This document shows positions 8,290-17,525 of a stretch of 32,000 nucleotides of DNA, one piece after another. The notes beneath the pieces were generated by a model. It saw only the letters and a program-made list of their open reading frames with translations, was not told the origin of the DNA and ran no database searches. Source of the DNA: Candidatus Omnitrophota bacterium (lineage in GTDB: Bacteria; Omnitrophota; Gorgyraeia; 2-01-FULL-45-10); the NCBI GenBank assembly GCA_023818895.1, contig JAMWCX010000003.1, forward strand, positions 30,001-62,000, written 5' to 3'. A program made the translations under genes and the position numbers. Every line of letters begins with the position of its first letter. The stretch's first letter is position 1.

Positions 8290-9656
8290 ACTCTCTCCAT
8301 TTCTACGTCTGCGAACTCTTCGCCGCGGCTAACCAGGTTTTCGAACCTCATGTATTCTCCAAGAAACGCGAGATTTATGCTGCCCGTTGGGCCATTCCTC
8401 TGCTTGGCGATTATGACCTCGGCTATGCCCTTGTTCTCATCAGTAGGGTTATAATATTCTTCTCTCAGCAGAAGTATAACAAGGTCCGCATCCTGCTCTA
8501 TAGCACCCGATTCTCTCAGGTCCGAAAGTTGTGGCCTGTGGTCCGAGCGTTGTTCTACTGCACGGGAAAGCTGGCTTATAGCTATAAGAGGGACGTTAAT
8601 CTCTCTAGCCAGGGCTTTTAGAGAACGCGATATCTCGGATATCTCCTGCTGTCTGGAATCGCAGCCGGCAGGACCCTGCATTAGCTGCAAATAGTCGAGG
8701 ATTATCAGCTTTATATCGAACTGCGCCTTCATGCGGCGCGCCTTAGCGCGTAGTTCCAGGACGCTTATGCCGGGAGTATCATCAATATATATCGGGGCTT
8801 CCGAAAGTTTCCCGGCAGCGTTGACAAGCCTAGGCCAGTCCGCCTGGGAAAGAAAACCAGTTCTTACCTTGTGGGCATCAACCCTTGCGTGCGAACAGAG
8901 CATCCTCTGCACAAGCTGCTCTTTTGACATCTCAAGGCTAAAGAAAGCCACGGGGATTTTCTCGACCACGGCGGCGTGTTCCGCTATACATGATGCAAAG
9001 GCGCTCTTACCCATAGAAGGCCTGCCCGCTACTACTATCAGATCGGATTTCTGCAATCCCGCCGTCTTTATGTCAAGATCTCTGTAGCCCGTCCCTATTC
9101 CTGTTATATGTTCCTTTCTTTGATACAGGCTGTCTATTGTCTCGATGGAATTTTTTATAACCTCCCGTAGCGGTGAAAACCTGGTCTCGATTTTCTTCGA
9201 TGTGACGTCGAAAATCATCTGTTCGGCCTTATCCACCAACCCGTCCACATCGTGAGAGGCGTCATAGCAATCGGTTACTATTTTGGTCGCCGTGCTTATG
9301 AGCGTCCGGAGTATCATCTTCTCCTTAACAATCTTCGCGTAATGTATGAAATTTGCGGATGTAGGCACGCTTGAAGCAAGGGAGGTTATATACGCTGGCC
9401 CGCCGACTTCATCGAGAGAACCGGTCTTTTTAAGCTGTTCTATGACGGTAACCAGATCAATACCTTTATTCTCATCGAACAGCTTTATGATGGCCGAATA
9501 TATCTTTCTGTGGGCTTCCTTATAGAAAAAGTCCGCGTTCAGCGTTTCTATCGCCTCTGGAATGACCTCCCTGTCAATAAGCATCGCTCCGAGGACAGCC
9601 ATCTCAGCATCGATGCTCTGCGGGGGTACCCTGTCTATGGTCTCCTGTTGAACCAT
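8286..9656 (-). CDS. dnaB: Replicative DNA helicase DnaB
   Basis: PPQSIDAEMAVLGAML N-terminus, Walker A GRPSMGKSAF, IILDYLQLM, AKQRNGPTG. 456 aa, with no intein-sized insertion. Its stop overlaps the bamA start by 4 nt. Confidence 0.95.
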   Translation of the reverse strand: MVQQETIDRVPPQSIDAEMAVLGAMLIDREVIPEAIETLNADFFYKEAHRKIYSAIIKLFDENKGIDLVTVIEQLKKTGSLDEVGGPAYITSLASSVPTSANFIHYAKIVKEKMILRTLISTATKIVTDCYDASHDVDGLVDKAEQMIFDVTSKKIETRFSPLREVIKNSIETIDSLYQRKEHITGIGTGYRDLDIKTAGLQKSDLIVVAGRPSMGKSAFASCIAEHAAVVEKIPVAFFSLEMSKEQLVQRMLCSHARVDAHKVRTGFLSQADWPRLVNAAGKLSEAPIYIDDTPGISVLELRAKARRMKAQFDIKLIILDYLQLMQGPAGCDSRQQEISEISRSLKALAREINVPLIAISQLSRAVEQRSDHRPQLSDLRESGAIEQDADLVILLLREEYYNPTDENKGIAEVIIAKQRNGPTGSINLAFLGEYMRFENLVSRGEEFADVEMERV

Positions 9657-9657
9657 A

Positions 9658-10122
9658 TTATTTCTTCACGATCCAGAGCCTCAGACTGGCCTTGACTTCC
9701 GGGTGAACTTTCACGGTCACCTGATAGACACCCAGCTTCTTTATAGGCTCTTCGAGAATAATGTCCTTCTTATCTATATCCAAACCTTCCTCTTTCAGAG
9801 CGTCGGCGATAGCATCATTTGTAACCGACCCAAAAAGCTTCTCCTCCTCGCCGGCTTGAACGCTTATGGTCAGAGAAAGGTTGGAAATCCTGTTGGCCAA
9901 GGCTCTTGCCGCCTCAAGCCGCTTTGCCTCTTCAGCCGCTTCCTTCTTCTTAAGCACTTCGAGCCACTTCATATTGCCTGGCGTGGCGATCTTGGCCATC
10001 TCTTTCGGTATGAGGTAATTTCTCGCAAAACCATCCTTTACCGTAACTACCTGGCCGGCTTTCCCCAGCCTATCCACATCTTTGGTCAGTATTACTTTCA
10101 CCTGCGCACCTTCTTTCGACAT
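9658..10122 (-). CDS. rplI: 50S ribosomal protein L9
   Basis: VKVILTKDVDRLGKAGQVVTVKDGFARNYLIP. Confidence 0.95.
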   Translation of the reverse strand: MSKEGAQVKVILTKDVDRLGKAGQVVTVKDGFARNYLIPKEMAKIATPGNMKWLEVLKKKEAAEEAKRLEAARALANRISNLSLTISVQAGEEEKLFGSVTNDAIADALKEEGLDIDKKDIILEEPIKKLGVYQVTVKVHPEVKASLRLWIVKK

Positions 10123-10205
10123 CTACTGCCTAATTAAGAACTTGCCATTCATCTGGTATTATAAGCCCTCTTCACAATCTTCCCGCTACTCAAAAAAAGA
10201 TGGTA

Positions 10206-10481
10206 TTAGTCCGCCACAAAGGGCAACAACGCAAGCACTCTGGCCTTCTTGATAGCCTTGGCAAGCTGTCGCTGGTGCTTGGCGCAATTACCCGATATCC
10301 TTGACGGCACTATCTTACCGCGTTCGGTCATGAAACGACCCAATTTCTGGTAATCGAGGTAATCTATCTTCTCAACCTTATCCATGCAAAACTTGCACGG
10401 CCTCTTTTTAAATACCTTTTTCTTCAGGGGCTCTCTTTTAGTCGTCTTTTTTCTATCTGTCTTGGAAGCTTTAATAAACAT
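10206..10481 (-). CDS. rpsR: 30S ribosomal protein S18
   Basis: [16 protein letters not shown]...[27 protein letters not shown]. Confidence 0.9.
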   Translation of the reverse strand: MFIKASKTDRKKTTKREPLKKKVFKKRPCKFCMDKVEKIDYLDYQKLGRFMTERGKIVPSRISGNCAKHQRQLAKAIKKARVLALLPFVAD

Positions 10482-10516
10482 TTCATCTCCTCGAAATTCA
10501 ATATATCCGACGCTTT

Positions 10517-10978
10517 TTAAAACGGTACCTCTTCCGGACCCTCTACAATCTTCTCATCCGCTGGAAGTGGCACCTCTTCACTTAGATTAATACTTTCAAC
10601 CTCATCGGGGAGGGGAGTTTTTTTGGCCGCAGAGGCAGGTTGCTTATCGCCCATCCTTAGAAATTGTATGTTATCGGCTATGACCTCTACGGTGCTGCGC
10701 TTCTGCCCGTCCTGCGTCTGCCAATCCCTCGACTGAAGCCTGCCTTCCACAAAGACGGGGCTACCCTTAGAAAGGTATTCTCCGCAGACTTCTGCCCGGC
10801 GTCCCCATACGACGATACGCAGAAACGATGCCTGCTCTTTCTTTTCACCGGACTGTGTGGTATATACGCGATTTACGCCTATTGTAAATGTCGCTACCGC
10901 CGAGCCGCTGGGTATATATCGCAACTCCGGGTCCCTGGTAAGATTTCCTATAAGGAAGACTTTGTTAAGACTGGCCAT
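10517..10978 (-). CDS. ssb: Single-stranded DNA-binding protein
   Basis: [23 protein letters not shown]-fold N-terminus and an acidic C-terminal tip ...EEVPF. Confidence 0.95.
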   Translation of the reverse strand: MASLNKVFLIGNLTRDPELRYIPSGSAVATFTIGVNRVYTTQSGEKKEQASFLRIVVWGRRAEVCGEYLSKGSPVFVEGRLQSRDWQTQDGQKRSTVEVIADNIQFLRMGDKQPASAAKKTPLPDEVESINLSEEVPLPADEKIVEGPEEVPF

Positions 10979-10980
10979 CG

Positions 10981-11262
10981 CTATCTCCTGGTTATCATAG
11001 TTCGTAATATATCGGCATTAAGTTTATATGCTGTCTCGAGCTTCGCCACCGCATCCGCCGGAGCCTCAAAATCAAGCTTATAGTAGAAACCTTCTCTGAA
11101 TTTTTTCACAGGATAGGCCAGGGGCTTTTTCCCCCAGTTTTCTTCCTTCTTTACATTGCCGCCGTTCTTAGCGACAATATCGGTTATTGTCTTACAGACG
11201 TCCTTGACCTCTTCCTCCTTAAAATCCGGCTTGATTATAAATATTCCCTCATATGTGTTCAT
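10981..11262 (-). CDS. rpsF: 30S ribosomal protein S6
   Basis: MNTYEGIFIIKPD...WGKKPLAYPVKK; AAGGAG upstream. Confidence 0.95.
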   Translation of the reverse strand: MNTYEGIFIIKPDFKEEEVKDVCKTITDIVAKNGGNVKKEENWGKKPLAYPVKKFREGFYYKLDFEAPADAVAKLETAYKLNADILRTMITRR

Positions 11263-11297
11263 TGCATTAAGTTTCTCCTTATGTGTTTATTTTGATT

Positions 11298-11326
11298 ATA
11301 TTATCATATTACATCGTATAACGCAA
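11298..11326 (-). promoter_or_regulatory. Candidate promoter for rpsF-ssb-rpsR-rplI (TTGCGT-17 nt-TAATAT on the minus strand)
   Basis: Read on the minus strand in the 79-nt pth/rpsF gap. Both hexamers are imperfect. Confidence 0.35.
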
Positions 11327-11341
11327 AGACTTTATCTGACT

Positions 11342-11920
11342 TTAGGAAGTGCCCACTTTTCTCTTATTGTATCTGCTCATCGCCTTGTCGATACCGTCTT
11401 TTAGAAGGCATTCTATTGATTCCTTCGCCAGCTCTATTGCATGTAAGACGTTACGCATCTGGCGTCTCTTGAATGGGCTAAGAACATAATTGGTAATGTC
11501 GCCCCTGTGAACCTCGGTAGCTATTCCGATCCTCAGTCTCGCAAAACCATCGCTATTCAACGTATGAATGATTGACTCAAGCCCTTTATGGCCGCCGGAG
11601 GAACCCTGTTTCCTAAGCCTTATCTTGCCGAGCTCCAAATTGATATCATCGCATACCACAAGAATATCCTCTATTCGGGCGCCTTCGCATGTAAGAAGCT
11701 CGCCGACCGCTTTACCAGATAAATTCATGAAGGTTTGAGGAAGAGCAAGCACAACCTCATCGCCGAAGATCTTCCCCTTCCCGACCACAGAGAAATGAAG
11801 TTTGTCTTTTATCTTTATCCTATGATCCTTGGCGAGGCTCTCTACTACTGCAAAACCTATATTATGTTTGGTGTTCTTATACTCAAGCCCTGGGTTACCA
11901 AGGCCAACTATGAGCTTCAT
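11342..11920 (-). CDS. pth: Peptidyl-tRNA hydrolase
   Basis: MKLIVGLGNPGLEYKNTKHNIGF, HKGLESI. Confidence 0.95.
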   Translation of the reverse strand: MKLIVGLGNPGLEYKNTKHNIGFAVVESLAKDHRIKIKDKLHFSVVGKGKIFGDEVVLALPQTFMNLSGKAVGELLTCEGARIEDILVVCDDINLELGKIRLRKQGSSGGHKGLESIIHTLNSDGFARLRIGIATEVHRGDITNYVLSPFKRRQMRNVLHAIELAKESIECLLKDGIDKAMSRYNKRKVGTS

Positions 11921-11928
11921 CCGGAAAA

Positions 11929-12651
11929 CTACGCTTTCTTCGTTTCTTTCTGTTCCTTTGCCGCCTCTTTGGCAGGCGCCTCAGTCACCCCTGCACCCTC
12001 CTCTTCAACTTCTTCCTTCTTCTTCCTGATGAGCTCCGGCTCCGTGGCCGCTTCAGCTGCGACCTCTTCTTTCGGAACCTCGACTTTTTTGGCCTTTACT
12101 ATGATGGCTATGAGCTCGGGGTCATTGAGCACCTTGATGCCGCTTGGAACGGCTATATCCTTGACGTAGATGGCGTCACCTATCTTTAAATTCGAGACAT
12201 CAACTTCAATCTTTTCCGGTATTTCCGTTGGAAGGCATTCCACTTGCAGCTCCCACATAACATGCTCCAGTATGCCTCCATCTACCTTTACTCCAACAGC
12301 CTCTCCTTTTGCGGCAAGCGGCACGTTCACCTTAAGAGTTTCAGTAAGCGATATCTCGTTAAAATCGACATGTAGTATGCTATCCTTTATCGGCTCCCTC
12401 TGTATCTCTTTTATTAGGACTGTCTTGTCTTTAACGGACTCGCCACCGGATATCTTAAGTGTTATGATAACGTTCTCACCGGCCTTTGTGTGCAGAACCT
12501 CATTGAGATCCTCTTCAGAGACCTGTATGCTGAGAGCCCCTCCAGCCCCTTTGTAAACGTTCGCCGGGATCACGCCTTTTTTGCGCAGGCTTTTGGCGGC
12601 AGCCTTGCCGATACCTTTTCTGACACTTGCTTTTAACACAACTTTTTCCAT
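11929..12651 (-). CDS. rplY: 50S ribosomal protein L25 / general stress protein Ctc (long form with a K/E/A-rich tail)
   Basis: KASVRKGIGKAAAKSLRKKGVIPANVY...ILHVDF. It sits between prs and pth, as in the ctc locus. Confidence 0.9.
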   Translation of the reverse strand: MEKVVLKASVRKGIGKAAAKSLRKKGVIPANVYKGAGGALSIQVSEEDLNEVLHTKAGENVIITLKISGGESVKDKTVLIKEIQREPIKDSILHVDFNEISLTETLKVNVPLAAKGEAVGVKVDGGILEHVMWELQVECLPTEIPEKIEVDVSNLKIGDAIYVKDIAVPSGIKVLNDPELIAIIVKAKKVEVPKEEVAAEAATEPELIRKKKEEVEEEGAGVTEAPAKEAAKEQKETKKA

Positions 12652-12713
12652 GAGAACACGCTCCTGTCTTTGCCTTGAAAGATTATTTTATTACTGACAT
12701 ACGTTATTTTAAT

Positions 12714-13655
12714 TTAGCTGAACAGCACACTGATGGATTCTTCATCATGAATCCTCTTGATGGCCTCCCCAAGAAGAGAGGAGACCGAAAGCACTTTTAT
12801 TTTTGGAATCATCTTTTCCTTTGGTATAGGTATTGTATCGGTTACTATAAGTTCCTTGATATCGGATTTTTTCAGTCTTTCTATGGCCGGGCCGCAAAGG
12901 ACGGGATGGGTTATAGTCGCGTATACCTCGAGGGCTCCGGCGTTTTTCAGGGCATCGACAGCCTCAACCAAAGAGCCAGCGGTGGCAACCATGTCGTCCA
13001 CTATCACGACATTTTTACCTTTGACATCGCCCATTATGTGCATCGCCTCGGCCTCTCTGTCGTTTATTCGACGCTTATCAACGATCGCCAGATCGCATCT
13101 TATGCGCTTGGCATACGCCCTTGCCGTCTTAATACCGCCAACGTCTGGGCTGACGATAGCGAGGTTCTTATCAAGTTTTAGCTTTTTTAGATATTCGGCA
13201 AATATCGTGAACGCGAATAAGTGGTCGAGAGGTATATCAAAAAAACCCTGAATCTGGCCAGCGTGAAGGTCGACTGTAAGCACCCTGTCGGCTCCGGCGA
13301 CTGTGAGCAGATTTGCGACAAGTTTGGCGGTTATGGGAACACGCGGCTGGTCCTTGCGGTCTTGCCTGGCGTACCCGAAATAGGGCAAAACCGCCGTTAT
13401 CCTCTGGGCGGATGCGCGTCTTAGCGCGTCTATCATAATCAGAAGTTCCATAATGTTGTCGTTTGACGGATAGGAGGTGGATTGTATAACAAATACGTCA
13501 TGGCCTCTTACGTTCTCGTTTATCTTCACGCGTATCTCGCCGTCGGAAAAAGTATCGACCGCGGCGTTTCCCAGTTCCACTTTAAGAAATTTACAGATCT
13601 TCAGAGCCAGAGGCTTATTAGAATTACCGCTGAATATAAGAAGGCCGTTTTTCAT
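12714..13655 (-). CDS. prs: Ribose-phosphate pyrophosphokinase
   Basis: YFGYARQDRK, DLHAGQIQGFF, VIVDDMVATAGS. Confidence 0.95.
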   Translation of the reverse strand: MKNGLLIFSGNSNKPLALKICKFLKVELGNAAVDTFSDGEIRVKINENVRGHDVFVIQSTSYPSNDNIMELLIMIDALRRASAQRITAVLPYFGYARQDRKDQPRVPITAKLVANLLTVAGADRVLTVDLHAGQIQGFFDIPLDHLFAFTIFAEYLKKLKLDKNLAIVSPDVGGIKTARAYAKRIRCDLAIVDKRRINDREAEAMHIMGDVKGKNVVIVDDMVATAGSLVEAVDALKNAGALEVYATITHPVLCGPAIERLKKSDIKELIVTDTIPIPKEKMIPKIKVLSVSSLLGEAIKRIHDEESISVLFS

Positions 13656-13658
13656 ACA

Positions 13659-14921
13659 CTATCCCCGTTTTTTATCCAGCACGCGCGCTGGAACACCAAC
13701 CACTGTTGATCCGGACGGAACGTCCCTTCCTCTCAATACGACGCAACCGGCGCCGACTATGGCACCCTGTCCTATCCTAACCGGCGCGACGAGCCTCGCG
13801 CCAACACCGATGAATGAATCATCTTCTATAATTGTCTTGTTCTTGTTCTTACCATCATAGTTGGCCGTTATCGTTCCGGCACCTATATTGACATTTTTCC
13901 CAACGGTAGTATCGCCCAGGTAGGTGTGGTGTTTTATCTTCGTGCGGTCGTCAACGACAGTCCTGACAAGCTCTACAAAATTACCGATTATAACCTCGTC
14001 ACCTATGGAAACGTTGGCCGTCAGTCTCGCAAAAGGCCCTATGCGACAACATCTGCCTATAGCGACATCCGGCCCTATAAAGGTGTTGGGATGGATTATG
14101 GTATCCTTTCCGATTTTGGCTCCCGGATATATAGTTGTCGTAGCAGGATCCTCTACCGTCGCGCCAATCGCCATGACCTCCTCTATCACTCTGTTTTTCA
14201 ATATTCCGATGGCCTTAGCCAGATCAGCGCGTGAATTTATCCCTATCATCTCAGATGAGTCTTTTACACTTAAAGAAGATATCAGCCTTCCTGCCTTGTG
14301 CAAAATGGCGACCGTATCTGTAAGAAAGATTTCCTTTTTAATCGGATCCGGCTCAACCTTTTTCAACGACTCAAATAGATCTTCGGACTTAAAGCAGTAC
14401 ACGCCGACATTTACCTCGTTTATAATTTCCTCATAAAGACGAGCGTGTTCCTCCTCAACTATTTTTATTATCTTTCCGCTGCCGTCCCTCACAATTCTGC
14501 CATAACCTGTCGGATCCTTAACTTCCGCGGTCAAGAGCGTAAGGCTTGAGCCGCTATCCTTATGCTTTTCCAAAAGATCTCTTATCGTCTCCGTTTTTAT
14601 AAGGGGTGTGTCCCCGCATATAACGAGGATGTCGCTTGAGCGTTTTTCGACAAAATTTTTCGCGGTGGCTACGGCATCTCCTGAGCCTAAAAGTTTCCTC
14701 TGCACGATAACTTCCGCGCCTTTTACAGATTCGCACTCTTTCAATAGATCCGCACCGTAACCGGCTACAATCACAATATCGGAAATTCCGGATTTTCTCA
14801 AAGATTCAAGCACATACGATATCATGGGCCTGCCGAGGAGCTCATGCAACACCTTGGGGGTATCGGACTTCATCCTCGTACCTCTACCAGCCGCAAGCAC
14901 TACCGCAACTATATCTTTCAC
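13659..14921 (-). CDS. glmU: Bifunctional GlcNAc-1-P uridyltransferase / GlcN-1-P acetyltransferase GlmU
   Basis: VVLAAGRGTRMKSDTPKVLH N-terminal nucleotidyltransferase, followed by a C-terminal hexapeptide-repeat domain. 420 aa. Confidence 0.9.
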   Translation of the reverse strand: MKDIVAVVLAAGRGTRMKSDTPKVLHELLGRPMISYVLESLRKSGISDIVIVAGYGADLLKECESVKGAEVIVQRKLLGSGDAVATAKNFVEKRSSDILVICGDTPLIKTETIRDLLEKHKDSGSSLTLLTAEVKDPTGYGRIVRDGSGKIIKIVEEEHARLYEEIINEVNVGVYCFKSEDLFESLKKVEPDPIKKEIFLTDTVAILHKAGRLISSLSVKDSSEMIGINSRADLAKAIGILKNRVIEEVMAIGATVEDPATTTIYPGAKIGKDTIIHPNTFIGPDVAIGRCCRIGPFARLTANVSIGDEVIIGNFVELVRTVVDDRTKIKHHTYLGDTTVGKNVNIGAGTITANYDGKNKNKTIIEDDSFIGVGARLVAPVRIGQGAIVGAGCVVLRGRDVPSGSTVVGVPARVLDKKRG

Positions 14922-14943
14922 TTTTCTAGGGATTCCTCATTTT

Positions 14944-15017
14944 TGGCTGGGAGGTGTGGATTCGAACCACAATAGCGAGACCCAAATTCTCGTGTCCTAC
15001 CATTGAACGACCTCCCA
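14944..15017 (-). tRNA. tRNA-Gln (anticodon UUG), CCA encoded
   Basis: Hand fold of the minus strand: acceptor TGGGAGG/CCTCCCA, D arm GTTC-AATGGTA-GGAC, anticodon arm CGAGA-ATTTGGG-TCTCG (TTG at positions 34-36), T arm TGTGG-TTCGAAT-CCACA, discriminator G, then CCA. Total 74 nt. The U1:A72 pair and G73 fit Gln identity. Confidence 0.9.
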
Positions 15018-15128
15018 GTTCGAACCGCCCACCCACCATTATCCCGCCTCAAATGGCTAATGGCGCGTGGCAAAAAGCGATCAATTAGACTTATCTCAAC
15101 CATTCGCCATTTGCCATAATAAGGTGCT

Positions 15129-15584
15129 CTATAGCTCTATATCGTTATCCTCCTCGGCCGCCTCGGCCTTACTGGCGCCGCGGGATGGCGCCGAGGAAGG
15201 AGATCTTTTCTCTTTTTCATACGCCTCTATGACTTTTTTCTGTATATAATCCCTGCATTCCGCCGTGATAGGATGGGCTATATCCTTATGTTCCGATTCC
15301 CGCGCCGTCCCTTCGGCAGGCGCCATTGGCGCTTTTGGCTCGGTCATCGGAAGAGCCGAACCGCAGTTATTGCAGTATTTCGACCTGACAACATTTCTGA
15401 ACCCACACTTGGGGCATGGTTCCTTGAGTTTTCTCGAAGGCATAGCTACAAAAAGGCCCTTGGTGCCTTCTATAATCTTTACATTACGGACAACAAACTG
15501 GGAATCGAAAGTAAGTGTCGCGTAAGCTTTTAATTTTTTGTCCTGTCCCTCTTTCAAGAAAATCTTGACCTCTGTAATCTGCAT
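15129..15584 (-). CDS. spoVG: SpoVG-family nucleic-acid-binding protein with an internal zinc-ribbon insertion and an acidic tail
   Basis: Start trimmed to MQITEVKIF (AAGGAG 9 nt upstream). SpoVG blocks are present: LKAYATLTFDSQFVVRNVKIIEGTKGLFVAMPSRK ... DIAHPIT. Between them lie about 45 aa containing CPKCG-x12-CNNCG. Confidence 0.85.
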   Translation of the reverse strand: MQITEVKIFLKEGQDKKLKAYATLTFDSQFVVRNVKIIEGTKGLFVAMPSRKLKEPCPKCGFRNVVRSKYCNNCGSALPMTEPKAPMAPAEGTARESEHKDIAHPITAECRDYIQKKVIEAYEKEKRSPSSAPSRGASKAEAAEEDNDIEL

Positions 15585-15597
15585 AGATACAAGCTCC

Positions 15598-16485
15598 TTA
15601 AATTTTCGTCTCAACGATGAAGATACGCCAACGCCTCCTTGAGGACGGCGCGATGCTGCGAAAAAGCTTCGTTTTTGCCCTTATCGCCTCCCTTCTAGTC
15701 CTGTATAGACAAAATACGCTTGGCCCGCTTCCCGAAACCATAGTTCTCCTGCCAAGTGAAGAGGCCAAGCATTGAATTATCTTCCCAATAACCGGTTTTT
15801 TGCCTATAACCACTCCCTCCAGATCATTGTGAAGGGTTGTGGTTGCGTCCTCCAAACTAGTGGGGAAAGTCATTTTAACACCACCCCCATACCTTGTCAA
15901 GGACTTCGACAGAACTCTCTTGTTTCTGTCGAATGCCCTATATATATCCCTTGTGGCTACTTTGAAGCCTGGATATACGATCAAATGCCACAACTTTCCT
16001 CTAAAACGCACCTTACTAAGCCTGTCGCCTATACCCCTTCCTATAGCAAAAGGCTCATTTAATATGAAAAACGGAACATCTGCCCCAAGCTTTGCGCCTA
16101 TTTTCATGAGTTCTTTTTTGCTAATACCTAAACCTAACAACTTATTTACACCAGTCAGCACTGCCGCGGCGTCAGAGCTCCCGCCTCCAAGTCCTGCCGC
16201 TATCGGTATGACCTTCTTTATCCTTATACTCAGACCGCTTTTTAAGCCAGCCCTTGACAGAATAGCGGCAGCGGCTTTATAAGCTATGTTATCTTTTGGC
16301 TTAGCCGTGATAGGAAGGTTGGAAACGATCTTTATGCCTTCGGGAGCGCGCGAGATAGTGATCATGTCCGAGAGGGAGATGCGCTCAAAGAGGGTGAAAA
16401 TTTCGTGGTAGCCGTCCTGACGCCTGCCGAGGACCTTCAGGAATAGATTTACTTTCGCGGGAGCTTCGACTACGATGGAACGCAT
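15598..16485 (-). CDS. ispE: 4-diphosphocytidyl-2-C-methyl-D-erythritol kinase IspE
   Basis: APAKVNLFLKVLGRRQDGYHEI, PIAAGLGGGSSDAAAVL. Confidence 0.9.
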   Translation of the reverse strand: MRSIVVEAPAKVNLFLKVLGRRQDGYHEIFTLFERISLSDMITISRAPEGIKIVSNLPITAKPKDNIAYKAAAAILSRAGLKSGLSIRIKKVIPIAAGLGGGSSDAAAVLTGVNKLLGLGISKKELMKIGAKLGADVPFFILNEPFAIGRGIGDRLSKVRFRGKLWHLIVYPGFKVATRDIYRAFDRNKRVLSKSLTRYGGGVKMTFPTSLEDATTTLHNDLEGVVIGKKPVIGKIIQCLASSLGRRTMVSGSGPSVFCLYRTRREAIRAKTKLFRSIAPSSRRRWRIFIVETKI

Positions 16486-16496
16486 TTATTCGATTT

Positions 16497-17450
16497 TCAC
16501 TTCTTCATCCGTAAAACTTCTTTAGCCGCTATGACGATCTTCTTTGGAGTAAGACCGAAATACTCGAAAAGCTCCTCCGGCTCGCCTGAAACTCCAAACT
16601 TGTTCTGGATGCCAACCATCTTCATAGGAACCGAATGCGCCTGAGCAGCCACTTCTGCTATCGCTGAACCAAGCCCTCCAGCGATCGTATGTTCTTCAAC
16701 GGAGACAAATGCCCCTGTCTCATGCGCAGCTTTTATAATCGTGTCCCTGTCTATGGGTTTAGGTGTATGCATATTGATAAGGCGCGCTTTCACGCCTTCC
16801 TTTTCGAGGATATCACAGGCTAGCATAGACTCATATACCATCTGGCCGCACGCGAATATCGTCAGATCCTTGCCATCTCTCAAAATATTGGCTTTGCCTA
16901 TCCTGAAGAAATCCTCCTCCTTAGTAATAACTGGCATCGGCGCCCTTCCAAGCCTCAGGTATACGGGCCCTTTTATCTTGGCGGCTTCTAAGGTCGCCTT
17001 TTGGGCCTCGATAGCATCACATGGGACCACGACCGTCATTTTAGGGAGTATCCTCATGAGCGATATCTCTTCAAGCGCCTGGTGTGTCGCCCCATCGGGT
17101 CCGACGGAGATTCCGCCGTGCGTACCGGCTATCTTGACATTGGCGTTCATGTACGCTATAGACACTCTTATCTGGTCCCATGCGCGGCCTGAAGCAAACA
17201 CGCCGAACGTGCAGGCAAACGGTATCTTGCCCATGAGCGCCATGCCGGCCGCCGTGCCAAACATGTCTTGCTCCGCCACCCCAAGACCGAAGAAACGATC
17301 CGGAAATTCCTTCTTAAACCATGCCGCCCTGGTAGAATCCGTAAGATCGGCGGAAAGGACCACGACGTCCTTGTTTTCTTTGCCAAGTTTTACAAGCCCT
17401 CTTCCGAATCCGTCTCTGGACGGAACCATCTTTAGCTCGCTAGCGCTCAT
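16497..17450 (-). CDS. Transketolase, C-terminal (pyrimidine-binding) subunit
   Basis: Start trimmed to ATG 17450 (AGGAGA 6 nt upstream). SRDGFGRGLVKLG, GVAEQDMFGTAAGMA, GPDGATHQALEDI-like motif (GPDGATHQALEEI). Confidence 0.9.
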   Translation of the reverse strand: MSASELKMVPSRDGFGRGLVKLGKENKDVVVLSADLTDSTRAAWFKKEFPDRFFGLGVAEQDMFGTAAGMALMGKIPFACTFGVFASGRAWDQIRVSIAYMNANVKIAGTHGGISVGPDGATHQALEEISLMRILPKMTVVVPCDAIEAQKATLEAAKIKGPVYLRLGRAPMPVITKEEDFFRIGKANILRDGKDLTIFACGQMVYESMLACDILEKEGVKARLINMHTPKPIDRDTIIKAAHETGAFVSVEEHTIAGGLGSAIAEVAAQAHSVPMKMVGIQNKFGVSGEPEELFEYFGLTPKKIVIAAKEVLRMKK

Positions 17451-17525
17451 CACATCTCTCCTCGTAGATCGTTTTCTACTCAAGAGCCGGAAGGCTGCGG
17501 CTCCCCTTTAGCTCTTGATTGCAGA

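Noticed and set aside
8286-9656. Intein or mobile insertion in dnaB
   Set aside because: The length (456 aa) and the contiguous motifs are those of an uninterrupted DnaB.
14918-15103. 61-aa minus-strand ORF
   Set aside because: It reads straight through the tRNA-Gln gene (14944-15017). The tRNA fold is far better supported.
16741-17511. 256-aa plus-strand ORF
   Set aside because: It is entirely antisense to the well-supported transketolase C-subunit. Its composition is low-complexity Ser/Pro/Ala-rich, typical of a shadow frame, and it has no RBS.
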